Source: Podarcis filfolensis (Eukaryota). Taken from it: a stretch of 64,000 nt of DNA. A program made the position numbers and the translations under genes. Below the pieces are notes generated by a model. It made no database searches and was not told the DNA's origin. It saw only the letters and a program-made list of their open reading frames with translations. Shown here piece after piece: positions 14,112 to 27,744 of the stretch; within the stretch, counting starts at the first letter, position 1, and each line of letters opens with the position of its first letter. The stretch lies in the NCBI GenBank assembly GCA_964270895.1, contig OZ185438.1; one strand, 5' to 3'.

Positions 14112-15064
14112 AACTGTGAGTCAGTTCTAGAAAAGCCATTTTGGTTGCCACAATGCCACAGAATGGTGTTATGGGGGCCTTATGAGAAACCACGGCATTG
14201 GCTGGTAGTTGAAAAACAAATTTAAAGTGAGGTGCAGGTGGGCTGTGACAGGTATCTGGGACTCCTCTGCTCCCTGAGGATGACCTGGGTTCAAGCAATA
14301 GTGGGATGGATGAGAGGGCACAATACCTGGGACCCCCAAAGGGAATGGGGTGCCTCCAGCCCCTCAGCCTGAATTTTTCCTAAAAGTAAAGAGGGGGTAC
14401 AACAAGACTGTAACAGCTTTATAGAATGGGGGCAGGTGGACAAGAGCAAGGGTTCATATGATGTCAGGTGACACAGAATTCAAGCCATTGGTGTAAATAC
14501 AGCTTCTTTATTTGCAGCTCTGGGACCTCTTTGCATCAAGTCAGGAATGTGAAGGAAGAATCTTGCCATGTGTGTGTGTAGTGTATGTGAATCAGTTGGT
14601 GTTCCTGCTACTTCGTACTAGACCAGCCTTGCCACTGACGCCAATCCACCTCTCCTTTTCCATCCCAGCATGATGCAGTGACTCAGTCAGAAGGAGACCA
14701 GGTAAGTAGCACAATTCTACCATGCCATCCACTACTGGTGGAACTGCTCCATTTTACAGTCAAAAGTCAAACAAAATTTCCCTTATCTCCAGTCTTAGGG
14801 TTGTGCGGAAATATTGTTCTTTACTGTAACAATCAAACTGCATTTCTGTTATCACTTGGGCTCAGAGTACAACCATTTGGTAATACATCAAATATGCAAG
14901 CAACACCACAAAATTTGCAGTTTATTGACTTGTAGTTACGTATAATGTACAGTGTAGGCAGGTTTTGAATAAACATCCACAATTATTTTTTTTTTTACTG
15001 ATAATAATTAGCTAAACAGTTGGAGGATCTATACAACTCTGTAACATGCAGAAAATAGCATTAT

Positions 15065-15220
15065 TGGAGAAACCAAAGACTGGAACTGAGGGAAGTCGGG
15101 GGGTGGGGTGGGGGATGGGTTTTTTGGGGGGAGGGGGGAGGAAAAATGGGGAGGGAATAAGGATATGTTTTTGGAAAATATGTTTTGTTATAACTTTGAA
15201 TAAAAAAATTTTTTAAAAAA
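15065..15220 (+). mobile_element. L1 3' UTR fragment with G-rich tract and A-rich tail
   Basis: gaggaagtc-like motif (cf. 37134-37145), G-runs, aataaa followed by an A/T-rich tail. Confidence 0.5.
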
Positions 15221-17799
15221 TGTACCGTGTAGTAGCACTAAGCTATGTATTGCAGGGGTTGAAAGTAGCATTCACACATATTTTAGTGACATGAGAGTTG
15301 CTTTTCAATATTTCAATCCTATGAAATCTTTGAATTATTATACTCATGACTCACAATGAAGGCTCACTGAAGAGAGCTTCATGTAAGCATTTTAACTCTC
15401 AAATGCTAAATGCTTTCTAACTATTGCCTAATTTACTTTAAAAAAATATTTAAAATACAGCCATTGATTTTGAACAGGTTTTAACTCAAGTGTGCTAATG
15501 CTCTATAATAAAGCAAAAGATGTTCCATAATTATATGATGTATTATAAAATGTATTTGCAACCATAAAGTGCACACAGTGTATTGCTTTCAATGACAGCA
15601 CTAAAACTCTAAATCCTAAATGGGAAAGCAGAATACATTGGTAGGTGATATTCATATATATAATGGACTAAATAGTAAGGCTGAATTATATTTATCAAGC
15701 CTGTGTATGTGTGTGTGCTTTATTGCCACTTGGGAGTGACTGAATAATGGTGATAACAAAACTGCAAGGATATGTTAATACCAACCTGAAACCTGATCTG
15801 TAGTGCATACATAGTACCAGAGACCCATTTACTGGGGAAACAAATAGCATTATTTCTCCTTTGAAGCATAGCATTTGAACTGTACCCCAAAGCAGGCACA
15901 GCAGTTACACAATAAGCTGAAACTGGTACATGAATACACAAAAACATATTGGGGGGAAGCACCCATACGTTGAAAAAACTTGTGAAAGATCTTGTGAGGC
16001 AGCCCAAGCTAGTCCTGCACCTGCCACCAATGTGCACCACAGCAGCCCTACACTTCCTGTTGCTTGTGCATTTGGCTAGCATGTGTCGGGGCTCTGTGCC
16101 CACTGAGGTGGTAGAGTGGAAAATTCAGAAGTGCCGGATGCCTTCACGATATATACAACCTTCTGAAATTACACACACCAAAAAATGACATTTCAGTCCC
16201 TTCCTTTGTTTGGAGTTCTGTAGAGCAATGAATGCAGGTTGAGGAGGTGTCTTTTTGTCTCAATCTCTAATCTGAGGGTGGGCAGACGGGAATATCATGT
16301 GGCAAAATGCCCCCAAACTCTGGAGGGGGAAGCCTTTTCCCACAAGGGCCCGTAGGAGAGCTTTATCCCATTTTCTCCCTGTGGGATCCAAGATGTGGGT
16401 GGAACTCCGCCCCATTTACAACTTGATTTTGGGCCATGCATCACTAAGCCTTTCAGTCCAACATGGATGAACAAGGCTTCTAGAAAAGATATTCTTCACA
16501 TGACCAATCATATGTCCTCATTTTTCATGGGTATGAGAGTCGTCATAGCGATCCATAGTTAAAGGTGTCCTCTTTTTTGCTCTTCAAAATATGGCAACCC
16601 TACGTTCAGAGATGTACTGTTACTTTTGCAGCATTATAATCAAGATAAGGAAACATAAACTATCTTGGAGTAGCACTTCGTGGCAGGCCTTGTTCTCAGG
16701 GAATTCATATGTAAGAAATTATCTCAGTTGGGAGAAGGTAACATTCAACATTCATTATTATTTACATATTTTTGTATTTCCTTACCAAAACTCTAGGTGG
16801 CTAACAAGAATAGTTATCCAATTCTTCCACTTCTGGGATGTGTGTTGAAGCACTGGCCATGTGTCCTTCAAAATGCATGAGGAATTTAGCTAAAGATTGT
16901 AAAATAGGACTGTGTCGCATCACACAGTCATAAGGCAAAACAGTCTAAGTAAAGGAAAGGAAATGAGGATATATGGTATTAAACTGTATTTAAAGCATAT
17001 CTCAGCAGTTCTATCCAAATCTTTGCCATTCCCCCAGCTGCCTTTGTGCCTTAGGATGTACAGTAGACACCCTGTGTCTGAGGAGCCCTATGGCACTATC
17101 TGTGTAGTACACAAGATTTGTCTCTAGGGAAAAAGTTGAGATATAAAATGCAAAATGAGTAAATGACAGCAAGTGCCGCTTTGTACGATCCAAGCAGTAA
17201 AACATAAACATTGTCAAAGGCCATTGTTTTGAAGATTGAATTTGGTTCCCTGCTATTCGGCCTGGGCCTCTGCTTATCAAGACTGCTTCTTTTTTATTAC
17301 CCCACCATTCACCAAGCACAAGTAATTCCCACATAAATTCTTTTCTACAATGGCAACATAAATACACACAGTCTGAAGGAAAGGATTCGCCTCATTTTAT
17401 TGGCTGTTCATGCTTCTACTGTATAGTTAAAGTTGTGTCAGCACTTCTATTAAAGCCTTGTTTTTCAGAGTTTACAGCTGGAAGCAAGTAGCCGACTCAA
17501 GTCTTCCCACCCTTTGGAAAGGGATTCATGGCCACAGTTCACATTAATCTCCAAGGACTTGACCAACTGAGTCTCAATCCAAGGTCATTTGTGTGCATAT
17601 AAACCTCACATGGCAGTGGCCAGAAGAAAGTTAGAGAACTGTCTTAGTTCAAGCTGATCTGAAACTACATATCTCAGTGGCACCATTTAGGAAGGGCAAT
17701 TGATTCTACAGTGCCCCTTCATGGTTCAAAACACATGGTTATTCCTTTATAGCATCTATGTTTCTGGTTCTTCCTAGTGACTGAATATTGCCATAAATC

Positions 17800-18120
17800 T
17801 ACTAGTGCATGCCAACTCTGCATTACAAAAGTGACATGAAGGCTGGCAACATCAACCCTGCTGTGTGGGAATCCCTTGCAGATGACTGCAGAGTCTGGAG
17901 ACAGGCTGTCAAGTCTTGTATCCATAACAGTGATCACAGGAGGAATGACCGCGGGAAGGAGTGCAGAGATGCCATCATCTGCCCAGGATGCAACAAAACC
18001 TGTCTCTCCTGCATCGGTCTCTACAGTCACAGCAGGCGCTGCACCCTTCCAACAGCTTGAACTCACCCTCCAAGGCACACTCCTCCATTGTCTCCTGAGA
18101 CAGATGGATGTCAGCAACAT
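17800..18120 (+). mobile_element. RTE-clade LINE 3' fragment
   Basis: ORF 17809-18060: KSDMKAGNINPAVWESLADDCRVWRQAV...CPGCNKTCLSCIGLYSHSRRC, the C-terminal zinc-finger-like motif of RTE ORFs. Confidence 0.8.
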
Positions 18121-19241
18121 GCCAAAAGCACACAACTATTTTGACAACCACTTCAGTATGCATGGGCCTGTATTCACAATTTGTGCACACTTCCTGAGAA
18201 AATGTAGTTTCCATCTGTTTAAGAAAAAAAAGCAAACAAACCAGGATTCTAGCCCAGAAGGCTTCAAACATCGATGAGGCTGGAGAGTCAATGCCTAGTG
18301 AATGTTGGAAGCCAAGTGAATAAATTGTCTAGTGACCAGAAAACACCTTTGGGTCCAGTTTTTTTCTTTTTTCTTTTTGTAATTTATGAACTGTTTAGCT
18401 TTAAACCAATGAATTGATTCATAAATTAAACTTACACACATCTGTGTACCATTAATCCTAAATGCAGATGCATATTTAATAATGCTGCAGGAAGGAGACT
18501 ATGGGTTGGATCTAACTGTGTCCTTCTGCAAAAATAACACTGATTTGTAAAAGCGTCTTTAATCTAGCAAAGACCTCCAGAAACACTTTCCATGCTGTTT
18601 TGGAGGGTTGTACAGCCTTCTGGAGAAGAGTTTCAGGCCTACCAGGGGAAAGAGGGAATCAGCAAAAATATCTCCTCCATTTCTCCTGTTGGAAGAGGCC
18701 TCCAATAGATCAAAGAGTTTTGTGTGACTTGAACGAACCATTGGATACTGCCCCGTATTCCTTGCTGAGGTAAGTCAATATTTTGTAAAATTCTAATTGC
18801 TTAGGGAAAGGAATGACATTCTGAATGTCTTACACAATAGTGTGCAATAAAATCACCAAACACGTACTAAAGAAATTCAATGTAAGTATTGATTTTAAAA
18901 TATCACAAGTTCTTTCACTGAATTACTGTATTTTCCTCTTTAAAACAAGTAAATAAAATGTATCAACTTGTTTACAGAATGATTTTTCTTTTGACTTCTT
19001 TTTCTTGTTGTAAAAAAGAGAGTTTGTCTGTTTGTTAATGAAACCTCTTTAGTAATTGCATTTGGAAGAAAGTCACACACCAGTTTGGCAGGGCGGGACG
19101 GACCATGTGAACTTTTTTTATATATATTTATCATACATCACAGAAACAATAAAATGATTTTGGTCGGATATGTGAATGCAGAAACATTCCTCAGCCCTCT
19201 GAGGAACTCACGTTCAGTATTTCATAAATATCTGACATTTA

Positions 19242-19897
19242 TTTTTTTTAAAAAAAATAATTTGTATTAACTGGCCAATCACATCAAATTAAATCACATC
19301 ACATAATTCCAAATTACAAAGCCAAATTTTTAAATTTTGTTGGGGGAACCCATACTTCAAGATCCAAAGGGGGATTCAAATCATCTTATTACTGCGTTAA
19401 TGTCCAAATCAGTCCCAATCAGTCCAGACAAAGTTCATAATTCTATCCAGTCTTATCTTGGTGTTTCCACATCATATCTTGTTCATATAATTTCTATTTT
19501 TCCTTTATGATCTCTTCTGTTAGTCTCCTTAAGCCGATAAGCAAAATAATAATCCTGTGTGGATTTCCCGTTCCTCCACTAAGTCCAGATGGTTTTCATA
19601 TATCTCCTTCGTAGATAGCATCGCTCTTTCCATCATAAATTTGGCATTTGTCACTCTTAAGTCCCACCGAGGAGTTGATCCACGATATGTAAACAACTCT
19701 ATTTCTCTCTTTCTCTTCCCAGACCCAAGAGCTCCAACAATGCCTCCCAAAATGGCGACGGCATTTTTAACTGCGTCATTCCAAAACTCTTAGCTTTCCA
19801 GCTTCATCTTAAAACATTGCTTTGGTTCGAAAGTTTATCTCCACACAGCCTTAAATCCACAGCTTAAGTCCTTAGTTTCTGACTCATTAGGGGAGGG
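19242..19897 (-). mobile_element. Non-autonomous L1-dependent retroposon (656 bp)
   Basis: Perfect 17-bp TSD taaatatctgacattta (19225-19241 / 19898-19914); A-rich 3' end; both ends homologous to 33019-33672. Confidence 0.8.
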
Positions 19898-20245
19898 CTA
19901 AATATCTGACATTTAAGATGATTGCTGACTTTTTCCTTATTGTTTGTAGATTTTAATAGTCTATTCTATTTATTGAACCAGAATATCTGTTTTAAAGAAA
20001 CTTCTACTTCTTCTGAAGTCCTTAGTACTGTGTGCTTTAACTCCATTACCTTTGGATAACTGCAATAGTTACAGGTCATTTCTGCAACAAACATATCATT
20101 CATATTTGTGTACTGTGCTTCCTAGAAGGCACTCAGAATAGTAAATATTGTATCTCATTTTATTTTCACCTGTTTGAGGTAAATTAGGCTGAGAGTTAGT
20201 GATTGGCTGAAGGTCACTTCAATGAGTGAATTTTATGACAGAGAC

Positions 20246-20350
20246 GGGATTTGGAGTTGGAAGGATCATCTGAGGATCATCTAGTCCAACCCCTTGCAAT
20301 GCAGGATTAGACAGCTGTCCCATATGGGGATCAAACCTGCAACCTTGGTT
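20246..20350 (-). mobile_element. SINE with tRNA-Ile(AAT)-like head remnant and CR1 tail
   Basis: Minus strand ccaaggttgcaggtttgatccccatatgggaca resembles the 3' half of vertebrate tRNA-Ile(AAT) as I recall it, mostly with CpG-type changes; CR1-type tail follows. Confidence 0.7.
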
Positions 20351-20499
20351 CAAATCTTCCCACTCAGCCATTAAACCCTTTAGTCCCTGTCTGAACCTAC
20401 CTTGCATGGTGCAAAGATAAATGGGGAAAGATAAATGTATCCCAACTTGAGCTCCTTGGAGGAAAGATGAGGATTAATGTAACAATAATTTCATTTTTT

Positions 20500-21135
20500 T
20501 TAAATGCCCTACTTATGGGCTTCCCATAGGCATCTGGTTGGCCTCTGTGAGAACACAGTGCTGGACTAGATAACAGACCAGGCTTTAGTAGGGCTCTGTG
20601 GCATTTGCCCTCCTATGTGTGTGACATCATACTGGATTCATAGGGAATGGGTTAACTAATTGTAAAACGACTAACCAATGGGAACCCAAGGGGCAGAGTT
20701 AACTGTGTATAAGGTTTAAGCACAGAGGGATTTTTAGGGAGTTAGAGTTGTTGAGAAGACAGTCTGGAGTTAGAAGAGACAGAGAAGAGAAGTCTGTGGG
20801 TTGGGCTAGTCTGATGTGAGAAAATTTGTTAAGAGGAGTCAGTCAAACAGCTGAGATAATCAGTCAGAAGGTATTAGGAAGGTATAGGCCGGTAAAGAAA
20901 CTAAAGTTAAGGTACTGACAGGAATATTATCTGAGAAACCATAAACTTGTTAATGTTTGTAAAATAAACTTGTTTTTTGGTTCACTTTTACCAACTGACT
21001 GGACTCAGTGTTTTACCAGAGAGTAATGGGTTGGTGGCAGCGGGGAAGCAAGCACTGTGGTGACACAGGGATCAATAGACCATTAAAAGTCCGGGGACCC
21101 TGTGTGATCACCACAGGCTCTTCTTATGTTCTTAC
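20500..21135 (+). mobile_element. SINE 3' portion split by the solo LTR
   Basis: gggcttcccataggcatctggttggcc...gctggactaga...ggctc rejoins with ttcttatgttctta once 20597-21120 is removed. Confidence 0.6.
20597..21115 (+). mobile_element. Solo LTR (519 bp)
   Basis: TGTGG...CCACA termini, 5-bp TSD ggctc (20592-20596 / 21116-21120), CCAAT and aataaa motifs inside. Confidence 0.85.
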
Positions 21136-21917
21136 ACTAGAGAAGACGTCCCATCAGGTATCCTAGTTCTAAACCCTATAAAACTAGACTTAGTAACCAA
21201 GTTCATACATATCCAACATCCAGCACAAATGGATAAGTTACATCTCAGCACATGAAACAGAACCATCATGTAGCAGTTTCTCAAGTTGTCCTCCTTCCTC
21301 TCCCAAACCTATGGCAATTGAATTGTGAGGAAAATTAATAAGCAACACCCCCAGTTTACATGGTGAATTTTGCTAGATTATAGCCTGGGAAGTGAGAAAT
21401 TAACTCAGGGAAAGAAACCCTACATGGAAAAGTAAAATTGACACCAGGCTCTTACTGCCATGCAATGATAAGAATTTTAAATGACATCTGCTCACTATGG
21501 TTTGCTAGGATTTGGAAAACGGTCATCTGTATTCCCACTCTGAAACAGCTTTGTCCTGCTGCTCTTCAATAATTTTTGCTTCAAGAATACTCTCTCAGAC
21601 ATTGATATTGATGACTTTTGTTGTTGTTGTTAAGTATCACTTTCTTGCCATAAGTCAGCTGGATAAAAATAATGTCACACTTCTGACATGCTCAAGCCTG
21701 CCATAAACAAGGCATCCCTGGCAAATAGAACTGTGAATTTGTGTTCCGTCATCGCCTCACAAGTACATTGAGGCTTTGCATTTTGAAATTACAGTGACAT
21801 TTTTGCCCTGGTGCTGTTTGGTCAGTTGGGTATAACGTTGAGATATTCAGACTATGGTCAGCTGCCCTGAAATTTCATTCTGTGACTCCAGGGGAAGTCA
21901 AAGAGCTTGTCTGACTA

Positions 21918-21918
21918 A

Positions 21919-21978
<60 letters not shown>

Positions 21979-21979
21979 A
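21918..21979. repeat. (AAAG)n microsatellite
   Basis: Direct reading. Confidence 0.97.
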
Positions 21980-22075
21980 AAGCATAAAGTAGTTCACATT
22001 AGTGCATGGCTTTTCTGAACTTCATATATGCACTTTGAATATCTAAGTGAATCAAGCTTTGCAATCGATAGGAAG

Positions 22076-22233
22076 CATAGGTGCCCACTCCCTGCGGCCC
22101 TGGGTGCCCAAAGCACCAACAAAATTCCCCATGAAGGGGCCGAGCACCCACAAATGTCAGTGCCAGGGCCATACACGCTGCATGGCACCAATGGACCCGG
22201 GCACACGGTTGTTGGGCCAAGTTGGCACTTCTG
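22076..22233. mobile_element. hAT-type MITE (158 bp)
   Basis: Imperfect TIRs cataggtgccc / gttggcacttctg; perfect 8-bp TSD ataggaag (22068-22075 / 22234-22241). Confidence 0.8.
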
Positions 22234-25200
22234 ATAGGAAGATTGTATGTTGTTGACCCTACAACTAGGGTTGCCATCTTTAGTTGGGCAAAATAAAGGA
22301 TAGGTCGTGCCAAATATGGGAAAGGTCAGGGGAAGTTGGAGGTGGGGGCTAAAAATTACTTTACCTGGTGCAGAAATGACTTCAAAACAATCCATTACAA
22401 TGGCACATGGCGTTTACAGTGGTTTATTCTCCACTGGATGGAAGGGAACCAGAACCCCCTCTCTCTGACCCCCCCCCCCCGCCTCTGTCCGTGCTTCACC
22501 TTTTGAAATCTCTTGCACTTTGTCTGTGCTTGTTGGCAAACTCTAAAAACACTGGCCAACTGCTGTTGTCGTGAGTAGGGTTGCCACCTGTCCCTAGAAA
22601 AACACAAGCATCCTTTTTTGGGAGAAAAGTGTCCCCTGTCCTGTTTAGGCTTCAAACAAGATGCCTTCCACCACCACCACCATTCGAGCTGCTCCTGCTC
22701 CTTTAAAATGTGTGGGCAGAGAGCAGGTCTGGTGGGAGGAGAGCAGGAGCCTGAGCAGGACTTTGTGTGGGTAGAGCATGAGTCCATGGGGAGGAGAGTC
22801 TAGAGTGAGAGCAAAAGTTATCATGGGATGTGGTCAGAGGGTGGGGTGGGGTCAGAAGGAGGAGCTTGAGAGAGTTTTTTGCATGGGCAGAGAGTGGGTC
22901 ACAAAGAACAAGAGAGCAGGTCTGCAGTGCACAGGTCTGCTACAGTGGAATGAGTAGGACAGGGAATTCTGGATGTTTCCTCTTTCTAACAATTTCACCC
23001 CAAATCCTTCCCCATCCCTGGCTGACCTCATTTCTAGTCTTAGACCCCAGCTGGAGTGAAGTTGTGTGTGTGTAGAATACAGGCAAAACGCCACCTACTA
23101 TTTATGTACTTCAGTTTTTCACTGCACCTGTTTTCAGCTGTTTGGCAGTAGACCATGTTTAAAGGCACAACCTGCCCCTACCTCTCATCTCCCATCCCCA
23201 ACTGCATGTAATTTTTGTATTCCTCAATCTGTAGACATTATGAGTATTACCAGTTTTGTGCCTGTATGATTTAGATTCACAGCAAATTCTTCTTAAGAAC
23301 ACAAGAACTTCCTCCCTAGGCCAAACCCAGAGCATATTGATTTGGTATCCAAAGCCAAACTATGGATTCTAATTAGAAAGCCTCTCCAAATGCAGATGAC
23401 GTTCCATACCTAGCAATTTTTGCTGCACACCCACATACCTTTCATTCCATATTCAAATCTTCAGCGGGGGTTTTTTAGCAACAATCTTCAATGTTTGGTT
23501 CACCTTTAGGAGAGCTGCTACGATTCTTTAAAAGGAAGCATAAACAACATTGCTTCATCTGCTTTTCGCTTATTATTTCATTTTCTTTCTATTTCAGATG
23601 CAATTAGTTCCTTTCAAACTTTTCATATCTGGCTTTAGGTTTGACCTCCATTCACTGCTTTCCACTGTGTTGTTGTAATCCAACAGCACAGTTATAGTTC
23701 CCAGGAAACACTACACAAGAAACAGTTTAAAAAATCAGAGGGAATTCAAGACATCTGGGAATGTCTTCAACATACACTGGAGGGTGACCATAAAAGGTAG
23801 CCCACAAATATTTTAAAGAAATTTAAATAAATAATTTGGAAAAATATGATCTACTGCTGCTGCTGCTGATGATGATGATGATTAAGATTCCAAAACTACT
23901 AAGAGTTTTCATTATCCTCCTTCTTGTAACAGAGGCCATTTAGCCATTAACTAACTAAATCCTGATTTCATTGTTATGTCCTTAGAGCATGGTACAACTC
24001 GCTTTCGTTTCCACACTACACATGTTTTGATGAGATTAATGTGAATTTCCTCAGGATCTTTCCAATTCTATGGTAGCAAATTGTGCTTTTCAATGACTCT
24101 GCTTGGCTCAGAAATATATGCATTTGCCCCAAAGCCACTAGCATCACAGTGGTAAACTCAATTAGCCAGTTTTCTTGAACAATCAAACATTAAACAACTA
24201 TTTATTTAAAGTGTATGTCTCCATAAACATTTCAATGCCTGAAGCTCACATGAGAAAAATATGTGTCCTGAATATGTATAAGCCCATAAAAGTATGGCTC
24301 AAGGGAAGGGATGATATACAAAATGAGATGCACAGGGTATGTTTTAATTCTTGTTGGGTTTTGTATGGAAACATACGTTTTTGGCTAACAGAAACATGTT
24401 CAGAGAACAGGAGACTTAGCAGGCAGGCTGGGACTAGGTGCAGTTATCTCTCCACAGCAGGTAGCAGACACAGTGGCCTAACAAGCTGAATGCTGCTCAT
24501 TGGCCATGTAGGATAGACCATTTGGGACTCATCCCTCCACCTCTTTGGGACTGGAAAAATAGGGGAAGAGCAATACATCTGAGAGTCTATAATGCATTTA
24601 GCCAGTGGGTTGTGCTTGATTAACTGGGTCAGGGATGTAAGAAGGCATCATTTTCCTTTCTTTCCTTTCCAGGCCAAGCCCCTCACTGATTAGGCATCCT
24701 ACTTGAGTGTTTTTGCCTGGCTGGAATGCATCCCAAAATTCTTACAAGGCCTCTTGCTTGTCTGAATTGAGGATGAGGCAGGTGGTTGTCTTGAGCATGT
24801 GTAGAAACCAGCCCTACTCATATTTGGCTATAGATCCATCCATCATTAGCATGTGTCCCTCAAAAGCTTTCCCCGAAGAGAAGGCATCCCTCAGGTTGAA
24901 AAATGCTTCTGACTTCAGTGACAGGTCAATGCAAATTGAACAATAGATTTAAGGGAGCACTGCACAACTTGTGACTCAGCTTAGCAAATGTAGCCCATCA
25001 GGCATGCACTCCAGCCTGGTAGAAGAGCCTCTATTGCTTTGTATTCTGTTCAGGAATTTTATCAAGACCTTATGTGGTGGGAGCCCATTGTTTTCAGTAG
25101 ACAAGATTCATAGTTCTATATAAAGGTCTTGTGCTTGGACATATCATATTAAATTGGGGAAAACAGTGTTGGGTGAGGACTGCAGCTCCCATCCTCCCTG

Positions 25201-27294
25201 GCCATTGGCCATTCTGGTTGGAGCTTTTGGAAGCTGAAGTTCAACAATAATTGATGAAGTTCAACAATAAAAGGAAAAGGGGAAATATGTGTCCTTGGCA
25301 CATATATGTCCGTTTTACTTTTAAGAGTAGACACATAAGCAATAGTGGATGGTGAAGCTATACAGGGAATCATTGCTCTCCTGGCTTCCCAGCACAGTGG
25401 GTCACTGGCACTTACTGAGAAGGATGAGAGGAGCTGTGGGAACTGTGGGATGGCAGTGCCAACCAGACACTCCTACCATGCTAGACAGAGCTGTGTGTCT
25501 CATGCCTCACCCCTCTCTTCTTCATCTCCATAAGCCCCAGCACCCTGCTGAGAAGCCTGAAGAGCAATGGTGCCCCTTCACCAGCCAGTACCACATTCAG
25601 TACAAAGAAGGAATGTGTTAGATGTACATATAATGTCAAATATAGGGATAAAGGAACCACATGCCACCATAATGTACAACCCAAGCTGTGGCTGATCTAT
25701 GATGTTCAGTTTGGTGGTCAAAACGTCCTGTTGATGTCTCAGAGGTCATGCTACATCAGTAGCCCCTCACTCCATTATATGAACTCAACTGCTCTTGCAT
25801 TGTTGTCCATTACAGGTCATCAGATATGTACATGACATTCCTTCTTCTCCCCACGCTCAGCCATCACCATAGGTGAACATCCTCTCATGCCAAACAATTC
25901 TTTCTGCTGAAACAGAAGCACCAAACTGTCTATGTTCGAAAAGGTCTCCCTCCCTTCCATAAGAATGCATATGTAGTGGCATAGCAATATGGGACTAATG
26001 TTGTTGTTTCCACAATCAATTCCTGCTCTAGTTGCCCCAGCTTCTGCCCCAGGGACAATGCAGCCATCATCACTTTTCTACTCCTGCTACCCAGTGAGTC
26101 AAATCTGGGGATCAGAACCCTGGGCAGTTGCGCAAGCCTGGCAAATTCTAGTAAGTTACAGAAACTGTGCAACAGGAAAGTTCTCTCTACATTGTAGCAT
26201 ATATAAATATATACTTATTTTTAAATATCTCCTCCATAAACTTCTTTAGAAGTCTCCGATGCATCAATAAAAATAAAATATTCAGAAATCATTTCTAATG
26301 TCTGAATCATCCTACTTAGATGTGAGGCAGTGACATGAATATAGCAGAAGTCTTCTTTCAAGAGACAGCTTTAGATGTTCAGAATATTTTCTATTTTATG
26401 TATCTTTGATTGATATGTGGAAATATTCCAGGCCAGCTTTATAGGTTTTCTGGCTGATGCTGTTTATCACAATATCTATGGGCCTCTAATGACAACAGTG
26501 ATAACCACTCGCACTGTGTCTGTTTTCTCCAAATTTCACACCAAACAGATGTAATGAGGTGACAAACTACTTTCTTTTTAGATTGGTCCTATTCCCAGAA
26601 AGACATTCAGTATCACGTGTTACATTAGCAGCCATGCATATAATGAAGGGAAATAATTGTTCTATCCCAAAAGGCTTTTTACTGAAGTTCTAACTAAATA
26701 GGCAGTATCAGTCATGGAGTATGCTCTTTTATAGCTTACTAGTACTGTTGCCCACCATAACCGCAGGCATTATTTCTCTCTCTCTCTCTCCCTCTCTCTC
26801 TCTCTCTCTCCCCCCCTCTCTCTCTCTCACACACTATATATATATGCTAAGCTTCCATCTATTAGGAAAATGTCCCCAATGCACCCAAGTTACAAGACCC
26901 CCTTATATCCTGCATATGATCCAAAGTTTTATCATTGAACTCCACAGCTCTAAACAACTTGAACCCCAAAGATATCAGAACCAATTCACATATTATGTGA
27001 TTTCTCAACAGCATATGACAACTCAACATTTGATGACTGGTAGCTGAATTAATGAACAAGTCCACAGAAGAGGATGTTATCCTTTATATATATGAACATG
27101 CATTATATATGAATATGGAAATTCTATCAGTCAATCAAATCTTTATCAAGGTCAACTGCCCATTAAAGAAAGCACCAAATATAAATAAATACAAAATCAC
27201 AAAATCAGAACAAAGTTGAACATTAGGAACCAACTATCTTATGAGATCTAAAATACTACAACATTCAGATATATAGTCACCTGTTCAACAATGG

Positions 27295-27600
27295 ATTTAT
27301 ATATTTTGGGGGAATTATAGGTGCAGAACTTCCAAGACAGTATAGAAAATGATTTATGTATGCAACCACAGCTGCGAGAATGTTATTTGCACAAATATGG
27401 AAAGATGAAGGAATCCTGACAAAAGAGGAATGGATACAAAAACTCATGGATTTTGCAGAAATCATAAAACTTACTGGAAGAATAAGAAATCAGGATAACA
27501 AACTTTTTATAAAGGAATGGAAATGGTATATTTAATATTTACAAACAAATTTTAAACCGATAAAAACATTAGTAGGACTATTGTAATAACCTGCTATTTT
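27295..27600 (+). mobile_element. L1 ORF2 C-terminal fragment
   Basis: Translation FMYATTAARMLFAQIWKDEGILTKEEWIQKLMDFAEIIKLTGRIRNQD resembles the C-terminus of squamate L1 ORF2. Confidence 0.75.
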
Positions 27601-27698
27601 TAAAATATAGATATCTGAAAATAGATGAATAAAAATGGTTTAATATAACTTAGAATATGCAGGGAATTATGATAAAAAATGTAACTAACTTCAGAAAT

Positions 27699-27701
<3 letters not shown>

Positions 27702-27740
<39 letters not shown>
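27702..27740. repeat. (TA)n microsatellite
   Basis: Direct reading. Confidence 0.97.

Positions 27741-27744
<4 letters not shown>

Noticed and set aside
18579-18770. Plus-strand exon candidate (KTSRNTFHAVLEGC...PYSLL, donor GAG|gtaagt)
   Set aside because: Good donor but weak acceptor, phase incompatible with the upstream microexons, and no recognisable protein.
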